NCBI GenBank assembly: GCA_039621445.1
Contig: CP154954.1
Span: forward strand, 39,331,816 to 39,395,815
Reading direction: 5' to 3'
Length of the DNA stretch: 64,000 bases
Origin: Euglena gracilis
Lineage: Eukaryota
Numbering within the stretch: the first letter of the stretch is position 1; each line of letters opens with the position of its first letter. Of the stretch, positions 11,585 through 26,434 are shown piece by piece. A program made the position numbers and the translations under genes. The notes below the pieces were generated by a model. That model ran no database searches. It worked only from the letters and a program-made list of their open reading frames with translations, and was not told where the DNA came from.

Positions 11585-13370
11585 TTGATGGGCCAAAAAC
11601 CACTTTTTTGACCATATTTCCATCCAGGCGGTTCGGTCAAATGAATATCAAGACAGGCGTCGGGCCCAGACAAAGTAGGTTTTTAGAAAAATCGACCGAC
11701 ACTAACAGATTCAGCAGGGGCGCCGGGCGGCTCGCTTCGCTCGGCGCAAAGCAAAGGATTTTGGCATCAGGGGGCGCGGGAAAATATTTGCTGTGCCTTT
11801 TAAGAAAATTTAGCTCTCAGGTGCCAATCTGCAGGGGCTTCCGCGGGGACTCCAATAGACCCCCCAAAAAAGTTCCGGTGCGGAGGGAGGGAGTCCAGCC
11901 CCCCGCAAAGTGAAGATAAACTACTCACACGGAAACCCAAAACTCCTCCCCACACGCACACACCTCATCTTCGCCGTTGTGGCCGGGCGCAGGCCGCTCC
12001 GGCCCGCCCGCCTCCGCCACTCTGCCGGCGGCTGCGGCGGGGCTGCCTCGCGGGGCTGCCTTCTGGCGACCCCGGCGTGGCCCATCCCAGAGTGCAAAGT
12101 TTCTCTGTGAACGGCTTCGGACCTCCTTTCAACCCATGCTGCCCCCACCAAAACATTTGACTGGCCGTTTGAAAAAAGGCCCACCCAGACTAGACACACA
12201 GCCACCACTGAGGGCCCCTTTCCCACAGGGGGCTGGGTTCTGGTGAAACCAACGTTCTTCGTTGTGGAAATGCATTGCCGCAACAAAATAAAAGACAAAA
12301 TATGCGGCGACCGTCAACGCAGCCAGCATTGTCTGCCCCGGCCCAATGCCGCCCACCACCAAACATCAGGTGACACATCAACATGGGTAAGTGGATCAAA
12401 GCAAATGCATGGCATGGCGAGGCACTTATCATCCAATGCCGGAACCTAAACCTCATCCAATGGCCTTGTTTCTGGCATGACCCAAGGAACAAACAGAGCG
12501 GCCAAAATAAAGCAGGCACAAGATGTGAGGAGCAGAAAAGCATTGGTGGAACCTCAACCTGGCCAAAACACACATTTGGCTGCCTTTACAGCCAAAGTAA
12601 GATGAGCAGGGCCCAATGCAGACAAGGTGGCCACTGCGAAGCGGAAAGAGGCCCAAAGCAGCCAAAGCTGAACCACGGCAAGTGCAGAGCCAAAGCCCTC
12701 AAGACAGGCCCAAGGTGGCAAACCTGTTTCAAAGCTGCTGAAGCGCTGCAGAACGACGCAAGACCGCGTCAAAGGAGGTGGCCAGTGTGACCGAAGGAAG
12801 AAGGGCAGAAAGAGCAAAGCAGCCGGAGGAAAGCAGGCCAAGAAAACACGGCCAGAAGCAGTTGACCATTGGCTACCACAAACCACTTTTTTCCCCCGCT
12901 GTCTGGCTCGGGATCATAAATGCATCTCCGGGACATCATGTGTCTGGTGGTGGGGTGGCATATGGGCAGGCTGCAACCGTGCCCTTATGGGGAAAAATAA
13001 AAAAAACCCTTCTCAAAATTTGACAGCATTGACTGCACCCCCCAGTGTTGTGTTTGCAACAATTTACAAAACATTGACAACAGGACAAACCACGGACAAA
13101 CTGAAAGGGGTGTGTGCCCCCCCCTCCTGCACCTTGGTGACAAATTAACCGCCTGACCCACCATGGCCTCACGACACCTCAGCCAAATGAAACCAACCCT
13201 GTAATGATTGGGACGCCAGGTGTGAAAGCGAGCGAGAGGTGCTGTTGCTCCTGCGCTCCTGTCGCTGCTGCTGCTGCCGCCGAATGCCTCCATTGCCCCT
13301 TGGCAACATGCCCCACCGGGAAAAAACGCCGACCCTGGTGGACTGCCTGTGTCATGCGTTGGACGTTGAA

Positions 13371-15252
<1,882 letters not shown>

Positions 15253-15981
15253 GTTGGAGTTTCATTGTTTCTGCTTCATAAAATTTGAAAGAAAAAAACA
15301 GATCAAGAAGGCTTGAGACGGACCAATGTGAATCATTTGTCAAAAGTTGGAATGAAATCACAAATTCTGCGGTGAACCAGCTTTTGCAGCAATGACATCT
15401 CCGCTTCAATGCGCATTCTAAACCATTTTGGTCGATTTTGGGGGGCTCCAACAAAATCATTATTCAAAGCGCAGTACTTTGGACAGAATCTCCGCCTTAA
15501 GACACAGACCTCATGCCTGAAGTCCAGCGCCTTAGATGCAGTCCTGAGACCTTGCACCCCAAACGCAGACTTAAAGCCAACTGTGCAAAACACCCGATCC
15601 GTGTGCAAAAATTTTCGGAACGGAGACAAATATTTTTGAGATAAAATGCAAACCTTTTTGAGATAAATTGCAAAAATATTCACCGGAAGTGCAAAGCAAT
15701 ACGGTGTGAATTGCGAAAGATTCGGGGGTTCGGTGTAGGGGAAAAATTGATTCCTGGCACCCTTAGACATCCACCCAAATCATCAAAAACTGTGTTTTTC
15801 GAATGTTTCTATTTTGCCCCCGTTCGAGGCCTTTAGCCGGCCCTTGGGCCGAAATGGAGAGGGGCGGTCCTTACAGAAATAAAAAAATGCTGTCCCTTAA
15901 TGCATCCCCACCCCCAAAGGACATGGTGATGCCTTGCAAAAGTTCATTTTATCATCGAGTGCCCCCCACCCTCCCAATGAA

Positions 15982-16510
15982 ATTAGAGCTCTTGACGGCA
16001 TAACAGCATTGTCACACCTGTTCGGGGAAGAACCGTGGGTGCAGCAGGGATGTATGGGAAGCCGAGGGGGAGTCCAAACCCCCCCCCCCTGCCTCCGAAG
16101 ATGGAAGGGGGAGGGATCATATGGACTGTCAAAAGGCCGGATGACAAACCAAAAATGTTCAACAGCAGTTTTTTGACTCTTCTGTAAAATAAACACAAAA
16201 AATGTTCACTTTTAACCATTTTTTCCCCTGCGGAAAACATCAGAGCACTGACAATGTGCAATATCCTGAAAAAATGAGGGGGGGGGCAAATTTTGAAATG
16301 CAGCGCTGGCAGAAAACTGTCCGATGTTTTTGGAACCAGAGGGGGCTGGACCCAACCACCTTTCCCCATTGGGGCGGGGCAGGGTTGGGACCCCCCACCC
16401 ACCATCTACCCAAATTGAAGGGCTTCCCATACATCCCTGGGGTGCGGGTACTGCACCTCCTTTTTGGGAAGCATCCAGAACATCTGGAAATTCTCAAAAC
16501 AGGGCTTGAA
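15982..16510. repeat. Dispersed ~530-bp repeat, copy 1
   Basis: tagagctcttgac...ttctcaaaacagggcttgaa, colinear with 17702-18257. Confidence 0.85.
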
Positions 16511-16545
16511 ATCCACCTGCTGCAGCCACCCAAGTCCAGTACATA

Positions 16546-16840
16546 CCATAGCTTAGCGATCCCCTGGGGGGGGGAGGGGGTCACTTCCACTCCAAAGAAA
16601 AACAGTCAGTCACTTTTTCGGGCAAGCCAGTCAGTCACTTTAACCCCCCCAGGGGGAGGTTGGCCACTCAGACAAACCAGTCACTTTTTGGCCTTTCAAA
16701 GCCATTTTTTTGGCCAACATTTTCTCTGGCGCCTTCGGGGTTGTCCACTCAGCCACTTTTGGGTGATTTCTGCCCCCCCCCCCCCAAAAAAAAACAGTCA
16801 GTCACCCCCCTGGGGGGGGGGGACAGGTGTTAAGCAATGG
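16546..16840. mobile_element. MITE-like element (~295 bp)
   Basis: Imperfect TIR ccatagcttagc / gttaagcaatgg and recurring internal cagtcagtcac motifs; no clear TSD. Confidence 0.45.
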
Positions 16841-17701
16841 TCTGGTCCAGTGACTGCTTCTTGTGGGGGAACAAAATGCGCCTCCTCCATCTGCCGTTTC
16901 TTCACCTGCGAATGGGGAGATGTATGGTGGTGGACACCATCAAAAACACATGCGAACACATTCACAGCCACCCACCAACCCCCACCCCCACCCCCACCCA
17001 CACCCCCACGTGCACGCTACCATGCTGGCGCTGACGAACACTATTGACTTTCAAAAATGAACAATCAGCCACTTTTTTTTTCAAAATCATTCAGGCCCTA
17101 GAGAGCCCCAGCTCACCCTTCTCTCCTAACTTTGTCTGCCAACCAACAACAAAGACCGGCTGAAAATGGCTGCAGGAACCGGATGTATTTATTTGGAGAC
17201 ATACCTTGTGCAAAGCCCACCTGCATGAAGATTATTTTTCGACCACAGTGTCCAATGCCTTCAGCACCTGGCAACGGAAATTTTTTTTTCGACAAACTTG
17301 CACACATTTCCCCTCCACCCTCCCCACACACATGTTCACTTCCACTCTTCAAAAAAAAACAGAAATTGACACACGGGGGGACTAAGACCGGGGGGTCCCC
17401 CCCATGGGCCCCACACACTTTTCCATGAAATTGACCAAAAAATAAAGAAAACCCTAAAAAAAAATGGCTCCTGCCTTCGGCGCCGAAAAATATATCCCGG
17501 GGGGGCGGGCGGTTGGCCAGACCCAACCACCCACCCTACCCCCCCTACTCAGGGTCCAAGACTAAAAGCACTCCAGACTGGGCAAAACAATAAAGAATCA
17601 CTTTGGAGATAAAAAACCAGTCAGTCCTCCGCCGCAAAAAAGCAGACCCAGCAATGGGGCTGGCAAGCTGGGATTCAACCCCCTCCCACCCCGCACAATC
17701 A

Positions 17702-18257
17702 AACTAGAGCTCTTGACAGCATAACAGCATTGCCACACCTTCTCGGGGAAGAACCGTTGGTGCGCAGGGATGTATGGGAAGCCGAGGGGGAGTACAACAC
17801 CCCGCCCCTGCGTCCAAAGATGGAGGGGGGAGGGATCATATGGACTGTCAAAAGGCCGGATGGCAAACAAAACCTGTTCAACAACAGTGTTTTGATTCTT
17901 CTCTAAAACAGACAGAAAGAATGCGCATTTCTAACCATTTTTTTCCCCTTCCGGAAAACATCAAAGTACTGACAATGTGGAAATTCCTGAAAAATGAGGG
18001 GGGGAGCAAATTTTGCATTTTCCTGAGATGCAGCGCTGGCAGAAAACTGTCCGATGATTTTGCAACCAGAGGGGTCTGGACCCAACCGCCTTGGGGGGCA
18101 CCCTGCAGCCCATTGGGAGGCAGGTGGTTGGGACCCCCGCCAACCCACCATCTACCCCAAAATGAAGGGCTTCCCATACATCCGTGGGGTGCGGGTACTG
18201 CGCCTTGTTGTTGGGGAACGCCCAGAGCATCGGGAAATTCTCAAAACAGGGCTTGAA
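17702..18257. repeat. Dispersed ~530-bp repeat, copy 2
   Basis: Colinear with 15982-16510. Confidence 0.85.
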
Positions 18258-18699
18258 AGCTATCCTGCCACTTCTGCCGCGCCAGCAGCCAGCGGTGGCG
18301 CTGCTCGCCGCCTGGCATCCCCCAAAGTGTGTCCCGCAGAACACAAAACCCCACAAAAAAGCACAACAAAAAGCGAAAATACCGTCTGATAACGTTGCCG
18401 AACCTGCAAGCAGAATTGCTCCGAAAACAACACAAGCGAAATATACACAAAACCACCACGGAACTTGTGGGTGGCCCAATACTGACCACCATCAAACATC
18501 AGCAGGGCTGTCAAGATGGGTCGGTTCCGTCGCAATGCAATTGCTGGCCAGGCACCTATAACCTGCACCTGAATTTTTGCACCACCTATTCAATAGAAAT
18601 CACCAAGAAGGGCATTTGCTTTGGTAATGTGGCTTGTGGCAGCGCTTTGCCAAACTGAGATCATCTCTCACAACAAACATTCTGCCGCCTTGGGCACTC

Positions 18700-19493
18700 A
18701 CCGCCCTGATTGCTTGCACCGGACCGGCCATTTGTTTGCGTCGGCCTTGCCGGTCATTTGCTTGCTTTGGCCATGCTGGCAGCCATTTGCTTGCTTCGGC
18801 CACACCACCAGACGTTTGATTGCTTCGGCCACTGGCAACCATTTGCTTCCTTGGCCACACCGGCCATTTGCTTGCTTCGGCCGCGCTAACACCCATTCAG
18901 CAACGTGCCACTAGCTTGATTCTGCCGCCCTAGCAGCCATGCTGGCAGCCATTTGCCTGCTTCGGCAGCACTAGCAACCATTTGCTTGCTTCGGCCACAC
19001 CGGCCATTTGCTTGCTTCGGCCGCACCAGCAGCCCTTTGCTTGCTTCGGCCGCAGTAGCAGCCATTTGCTTGGTTCAGCCGCACCAGCAGCCATCTGCTT
19101 GCTTCGGCCGCACTGACCAGCCATTTGCATGCTTCGGCCGCACCAGCAGCCCTTTGATTGCTTCGGCCGCAGTAGCAGCCATTTGCTTGGTTCAGCCGCA
19201 CCAGCAGCCATTTGCTTGCTTCGGCCGCACTAGCCGCCATTTAGTTGCTTCGGCCGCACTAGCAGCCATTTGCTTGCTTCGGCCGCAAGAGCAGACATTT
19301 GCTTCCTGCGGCCGCACTAGCGGCCATTTGCTTGCATCGGCCGCCGTAGCGGCCATTTTTTTTTGCTTGCTTCGGCCGCACCAGCAGTCAGGTGCTTGCT
19401 TCGGCCACACCGGCCATTTGCTTACTTCAGCCGCACCAGCGGTCATTTGCTTACTTCGGCCGCCGGTGAAGCCATTTGCTTGCTTCGGCCGCG
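18700..19493. repeat. 29-bp satellite, left part
   Basis: Degenerate tandem unit cagccatttgcttgcttcggccgcac(c/t)ag. Confidence 0.93.
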
Positions 19494-19805
19494 AGTGTAC
19501 GTCTGATTCCCAATTCCCCTTTCCCAATTCCCAAAAGCCTTCGCTTTCGCCTTGGCGCACCTACTTGGGAACTGAAAATCAGAGTAACAGAAAACCCTTT
19601 TCCCACTTCCCAAGAAGCAAAGCACAGAGCAATGCAGGGAGGATGGACTGGACATCCAAGTCCGGTCTGGAGAAAAGGAAGACAAACAGAATAAAGAATA
19701 CCACCTGTGGAGAGAGAAGGGGCACCCATTAGGAAATCCTAATAGGATCTGCTTCCATCCTAACTTCCTCAACGGAAGGGGACAGAAGCATACGCCTGGT
19801 ACACA
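19494..19805 (-). repeat. 3' LTR of copy B
   Basis: Direct repeat of 35889-36204 (about 8 substitutions and 3 small indels by eye); element-strand ends TGTGTAC...GTACACT. Confidence 0.92.
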
Positions 19806-19815
19806 TCCCCCTCCC
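19806..19815 (-). promoter_or_regulatory. Polypurine tract (PPT)
   Basis: GGGAGGGGGA immediately 5' of the 3' LTR on the element strand. Confidence 0.88.
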
Positions 19816-20294
19816 AGGGCTATGCCCGATTTCCTCTTTGGACCAGGCATTCTGGCCACAGGCCTTTCGGACACAGACCTGGTCTGTTGGAGGTGCACCC
19901 TGGCGCATCCACAGGGGCCCTTTCCGTCGCACAGGGGTCCACTCAAAAAGGGGGGCGGAAAGGAGGGGGACCCAAAAGCCCAAAACGCGCAAAATGGTTT
20001 CACCTACTTTGCGGTGGCTTATGGGTGTATAGTATACTATAGCCCACTGGTGAAAATGGGGCTGGCAGGTTTCCTTGCCAAGCAAACCCATCCACCCAGT
20101 TTGGGTGTGCTAAAGGCACTTGGGGTTGGTCCATGGGCATTCAGGGAATACCCATGGGGAGGGTGTGGAAGGAGGGGGCCTCTGACCAGTCAAACCTGGG
20201 CAGGGCGCATGGCCAGTCAAACCTGACCACGCAAAAGAAAAGTCCTACTCTACAAAACCAACTGCCGGCGACAGCATTTGTCCGGGGGGAAAGT

Positions 20295-20472
20295 AGAGAG
20301 GAGTGGGGGGTTGGCTTAGGCCAGAAAAGGTGCTGTCTCGCAGCCTTAAGGCCTCAAACGGCCGAAAAGAAAAAGGGAAAGGAAGAGAGGAGTGGGGGGT
20401 TGGCTTAGGCCAGAAAAGGTGCTGTCTCGCAGCCTTAAGGCCTCAAACGGCCGAAAAGAAAAAGGGAAAGGA
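20295..20472. repeat. 89-bp tandem duplication in the 3' UTR of copy B
   Basis: agagaggagtgggggg...aaagggaaagga occurs twice in tandem. Confidence 0.9.
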
Positions 20473-20714
20473 AAGAAAAGAGGCCTTCCCGCCCTGTGCG
20501 CTGCGTGTCGCACGCCCGCGAGAGGGGAGAGGGGAGAGGGGTGTGCATGCATGCGCACGGAATCCTGCACATGGCAGCATCCCGGTGGGAACTTACTAGC
20601 AGCGAATACCGCAAAGGGTCTTCGAAGGGTTGCTCGGGCGAATACCCGAACAAGGGTTCAGGCGAATACCTGACGAGGGTTCTGAAAGACGCCGCATTGG
20701 CGCTGACAGACACC

Positions 20715-23700
20715 TCACCTGCCTCTATCGGCTGGGCGTTCGCGTACCTCACGCCAGTAGTCGTGTTGAGGGTCCCCTAATGGGACCTCGACCAACTCCA
20801 GTTGGCGTGGGGAACGTGGTGGAGCTGATTCACTCCGAATGGTGTTGAGCTCCGGATCGTTGGCATCAAAGGAAGGGGTCTCCCATTCCTTGATCCAACT
20901 GTCCGGCAGTTTCTCCCTGGTACGGTCAGCATGATGCTGAAGGTACCGTTGGAGGTGCTCCCAGAAAATTCTGGGCAGCATCACCGGCCAGATAATGTAA
21001 TTCATCCGGGGGTGATTCGCAGGCACCTGCGGGGGCATCCCCGGGGTCTGCTTGAAGTTGACGTCATACGCCCACCTCGCTGTCCGAGCTCTTGCGGTAT
21101 GGGGCCGTAATACAGCCGCCAACCAACCTCTGAAGTCCACCAAATCGTGTTCTTCAGGAGGCCGCAGTGGCAAGGCGTATCCGCCATGCTGACGCCTGGA
21201 GAACAGGGGGTAAACCTGTGTCTCCCAGTCGCCATCAGTCCAGAGGTAAGGCACTCTTACCCTGGCGTGTTCCTCGACGGCGAGGCGCATTGCCCCAGCG
21301 TCGATCTGGTATTCACGGGCCATTCCCGTGTGGCGGTAGCTTTCTACCTTTCGGAAGTCAGAGTGCTTCAGGCGTCCTTCCACGTGCTTGTACTCCTTCT
21401 TCCACTTCTCCAGTGTCTCCCAATGCTGGGGGACAATGGTGGTGACTGCACCATCGGCAGTCTGCACGAACTTGGCACTCATACATTTGATGCACAAGGC
21501 AGGGATATCCCTGTCGTGAGCATTCCCACTGTAGGAGTAGTTCAAGTTGCGCTTCCAGGCGTTCAGGCACTCGCCACATACGAGCGCCACACAGTTTGGC
21601 ACAAATGCCCTGTGATGGAACGTCGTGGATTGAACCTGCCGCTTGCACACATGCAAAAGTGCCTGGTTGTGCCGCACATGGTGGCACACGGTGCACGTCC
21701 AGGCAAAGGTCGTGCCTTGCAGGAAATCCAACACGCAGTCCTCACCGAAGTACTGTGCCAGTACTCGGGGTGAGCGCCTGTTCCAAAATGTCCAGGTGTG
21801 TTCCGGGACATAGTGGAAAGGTTCTCCTCGGACGAAGAGGGGCTGAATCCATCGATTCAGTGCCCCTTTCTGGTGCCGAATAGCAGCCAGCTTCCTCGTC
21901 CTTTGTTCCACGGTGCCTAGGCTGGTCAGGATATATTGAGTCCAGAGCTGGGCATCCGCAGACACGGGAGGTGAAGCAGGTTCATCCTGCTCCTCATCCG
22001 TCGAACCGGCGGAAGATTGGGTCTGTCGACCACGAGCCTTACCTTTCGGTTTGCTCTGGCCGTACCCGGACGATGCAACGGCCGAATAGTCCTGCATTGT
22101 CGTAGGGCCTTTTGGCTGTCCGCCAGTCTGGCATCCAGCGCCACCTTTCGGTGGTGGTTTCCCATCACCGCCTTGGACGGGGGGCTTACAGGGTGCAGCA
22201 CCCGGCTTGCCTCCTTTCGGCTTCGCACTCCCGGAATCAGGAGGCGATGGCTGCGGCTTACTCCTGGTATCAGGAGCAGGTTTTGCTGGAGCAGACGATT
22301 GTCGTCTGGGCGAAGCGGGCATCATGACCGCTGGATCGCGCATGACGCTCCGAGGCGTTGGTACCCGTTCCTGGGGTTGTTCAGCCGGCGTCCGTCGAGC
22401 AGGTTCATCCTGCCCGTGGGGGCGTGGGACTGTGGTTGTCACCGGAATCGGTGCTTCCACAGGCGCTGACACTCCCGGAAACTCTCCCATTGTCATCGGG
22501 GTGTCAGAGGGTCTGCGCGGTGTCGGTGGTCGTGGGGGTATTTCCTCCACTTCCATTTCGACGTCTGGCCGAGGAGGTTTATCCTCCACAACCGCTGGCG
22601 CAGGTGCTACTGGAGGTTGATCCTACGTCGTAGCCGTCACGACAGATGGCTCTGTCGGCTGGGGTTCATCTCCTGATGGTGGTTGCACTGATGCCGGAGA
22701 TGGGGGTGCGGGGACACCGACATCTGGTATCTCCACGACCTCGGCGGCGGAGCTTGATGCTACGCCTCCACCTCGTGGCGTTAGTGCAGCAGCCACGGCA
22801 GTAATGCCAGTGACCACAGCGCCAAGTACTCGGCCTCCTAATGAGGTTCGTGCTGTGGGGCTGGCGGGTTCCTCGGGGATATCCTCGACGACCACACCAG
22901 TCACCTCGGCTTCAGGCTCAGCCGTCGACACAGGCGCTGCAGCCATAGGTACATCCCCTATGGGTGCTTCGTCTGGCCGAGGCTGTGCCGGAGTAGGCAG
23001 AGCAGCGTAGAGGATATCCTCGACGTTCTCGCCTTCCTCCTGGGGGAGTTCCTCGTCTCCACCTGTCGGTGGACAGACGGGAGCCGTCGCAGGGGCCCGG
23101 GAAACTGATCGTTCCCCTGCCACTCGCGGGGCAGAGACGAAGGACACTGCCGTTCCTGTCGGAGACGGCGGCGCTGCCTCCAGAATGGTGACGGAGGGGC
23201 TGCGTTCGCGTTCCTCCCGCCGCGGAATCGCGGTGGTGGAAGCGACGGACGCCTCACGTCTCCTTCGCGCCAGAGGTTCATCCTCCGGGGCGATGAAGGC
23301 GCGCAGATCCTCGAGTGAACGAGGATCGTCGGGGTGCCATCGGCATCCTTGAGCATCCGCCAGCACGTAAAAGGCCAGCGTGCTGCTGCTGGGGCGGTTG
23401 GGCCAGGGTGGTGGCCATGATGGCTGCACCCACGCATTGGCAGGCCTGTTGGGGCTCAGGAATCCGCGGTAACGCGTGTCTTCCCAGACCTCGAAAACCC
23501 CTTCCTCGAACTCCTGCACGCATGCCAAAATCGGCATACCCAGGTCGAGGATGGCCTTCGGGTAATTCATCAGCTGGAGGAATACCTCCCGGTCGAGGGT
23601 ACCGCCAAACTGTCGCCTCAAAAGTTCTTCCAGGTCGATACCGGCCAGGTGCCAGTTGGGGCGCAGGTCGGCGATGACCCGACGACGACGAGGTCCCTCA

Positions 23701-26241
23701 ACGGGGTCGCCGTAGTCTGGTGGCAGACTTTCCATACCTGGTCCATCGTCCTGGGGGTCACGGAGACGTATATACACCTCCATGACGTAGGTGGTCCAGG
23801 CTCGCCACCAGAACTGCTGCAGCATAAGAATACGCTGCTTGTGGACGCGGCGACTTCTGCCCTGGACATCCGGGGCGTCGCGGCACACATGCATAAGCAT
23901 GCGGCGTCCCATCTCCAGGCCCGGGTTATCCCGAGGCGGTGGAGGGCTTCCACGCACGCCGAATCCCCAGAAGTCGACAGTGAATTCCCTCCTGCCATTT
24001 ATTACAACAGAGGTCATACCTCTGTGGGTAAGCCAGGGAAACGCGCTGAACGCGGAAGGTTGAGCCGTAATGGCTCACCAGCCGCACCTGGAGGTTGTTC
24101 CACCACAACACCTCAATCAGGCGTCCTACTTCGGGGTGCAGTGGGAAGTATCTCCACTGGACTCCGAGGGGTCCTACTGAATGGATACATTCGAAGTAGG
24201 CCTTCAGCATCCGGGCCAACACCTGCTGGTCCCGGAACGCCAGTCCCAACTGGTGCAGATAACTGCGACCAGTGGAGTTGCTGAAGAGACCCCAGTTCTG
24301 GCAGGGGTATCCCAGCCAAAACCATAGCTCCAAAAAGCCCGGCTGGGCATCCAGAAAAGGTCTGCCACCTTCACCTTCGAAGGCGTACAGATCTATTCCG
24401 TAATGGAATAGTCTGACTCTGTTCTCGGTGTGGTGTAATACCACATCGATGACTGTCTCTGGAGGAGTGACGGGGCGGTTTCCTGCAACATGGTAATCAT
24501 GCTGCATTCGCCAGCCTTCGTCTTCCAGCTCCTCCTTGAACCTGAGCATATGCTCAAAGTCCGAGAGGACTTCTGCTGGTTCTTCCTCCTGCTCACGGGC
24601 TGTACCCTTACCCTTGCCCTCACCTTTGCCTTTGCCAGCCACGCCTTTGCCTTCTCCCTTGCCTTTGCCCTCAGCCGTACCTTTGTCCTTCCCCGTCTGG
24701 TAAATACCAGCGGGTCGGGCGCTCGGTGCGGCAGCAGTCGGTTCGGTACCTTCCCATTCCTTCTCTGGGGAGGGGCCTTGCCGTTCCGCTGCACGTCGCG
24801 GTGATGGCGTGGCTGGGCGCTGGCTAGGAGCCTGGCGTGGGCTTGGTTTCGGCGTAGGGGGTCGCAGCTCCTTCCATACCGGAGGGATCGGCGGTGGCAT
24901 GGCGTCAGCAGGACGGCTCATCGCTGCCTGTGCCTCTGCCGGTGGTTGTCTAGCCAGGGTATCCTGGCTGGCTTCCACCTGCATTGCCGAACCGCCTTCC
25001 GCGTCCCTTGGGCTGGGTCGCCTGGGCTGTGGGGTAAGGTCCTCCGTAGCCCTATGGCGCTTCAGGGTGGCAGGTAATCCTGCCGCTCCTGCCGGGGGCT
25101 CACCGGGTAATACCGGGGTTGCCACCCGCAGCTGCGGTTGGTACGGATGGTATGGGGTGTATCCACGGCCCTGAAGGGCAGCCAGCGAAGAATAATACCT
25201 CGCCCGGTGCTCTTCAGACGCGAATACTGGCTCCTGCAGGAAATGCCGAGCAAGTTCATCCTGCTCGGTTCCCGGAGGTGCCATGTGGTAGTAGGGAGCC
25301 TCCTGCCGACGCGGGACATCCCCGGTTTGGACAGGAGGTGCACTGGGCGGTCGGGTTGCCGCACGGTGGAGAGGTTCATCCTCCACCACTATGGGCTCCA
25401 CCTGCCGCCGTGGCTCAACGCCAGGGGCAGGGGCGACCGGTGATGCCTGTGGCATCCGGTGCGTGAACATGTGTTGGACGTATGCCTCAGGGGGCACGTC
25501 CAACTGTCCGGCTGGGAGTACGTGTGCGCCACGTGGGTAGTCCGCGTGCGTCGCGTACTGCGGGGCAAATTGCTCTGCTGGCGGCTCGCGCAGCGGCGTT
25601 CGCTGCGGCGAGGGCGGGCGAGCAAATATTCTCGTCATCCCAGGTGGGACATGCACAGCCTCACCTACCGGTGGGGGCGTGTGCTCACGCATGTGCACGG
25701 TGTGGTATCCCACCGGCGTCTGCGTTTGCAGCATGGGCGGCACATACACGCCCAGGTCCATCCCGGTCTCGCCAGGCTCAAATCCGGAATCGGATGCCGA
25801 CGAGAAATACCGTCTCCCTGTCATCAGGGCCTGACCACAGGGACACCACTGAGCCACAGGGGTGTTGGCTACCACCAACAACTGAGCGCAGTATGCATCC
25901 CAAAGGGCTTGCATAAAGGGCTCCGTTGGAGGGCGTGCGCACATACGCATCGCCCGCTCCAACGTCTCCGTAGTGTGGAAGATCATCTCTCCCGCATACA
26001 GGGGCAGCCGCAATCTGCGCTGCACTGGTGGCTGGGGTGCCGGCTGCTGGACGGCTGATGGATCTGGTACCGCATATGCGGACCGGCTGCTGGTAGCCGC
26101 GGCGAATACCGGGGCTGGACCCCTTTCAGCATGTGGGGCACCCGGAATCGGGACCTCACCATACTCAGGGTACTGGGAGTATGGTGCGCCCGGAGGCTGC
26201 GGCCATGGTGGACCTGGTCCTGGTCCGCGCCCAGGCAGCAT
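20715..26241 (-). pseudogene. Accessory ORF of copy B (~1,840 codons; one frameshift, one in-frame stop); Pro-rich linkers, conserved Trp-rich domain, RING-like Cys cluster
   Basis: ORFs 23926..26241, 22623..24017 and 20715..22589 join: the last two are in frame across a TAG at 22623-22625, and the ~23990 frameshift is continuous in copy A (AYPYRYKLECPFCEEVHTVDFWGFG). Confidence 0.8.
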
Positions 26242-26434
26242 GATGCTCCCCGAACGACGACGACAACGAAGGATAACCTTGTTGTCAGTCGCTTTGAGTG
26301 CTAGGCACTGAAAAAGAAGATGCTTCTATCCTTATCAAAAACTGTGTGAGAAAGACAGAAGATGCAGTGCAGGGGGGGGGTATAAACGCGGAACATTCAC
26401 ATAAAACACACACATTCTCCAAAACGAAATCGTT

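Larger units (their letters stand above)
10452..11690. mobile_element. Non-autonomous element bounded by ~45-bp inverted repeats with internal 32-bp tandem arrays
   Basis: aaaacctattttctgggcccgacgcctgtcttgaaattc (~10460-10498) is the reverse complement of gaatatcaagacaggcgtcgggcccagacaaagtaggtttt (~11643-11682). True outer ends and TSD not established. Confidence 0.6.

Noticed and set aside
20715-26241. Retroviral env gene
   Set aside because: No signal peptide or transmembrane segment is apparent; the sequence is Pro-rich and Cys-finger-containing.
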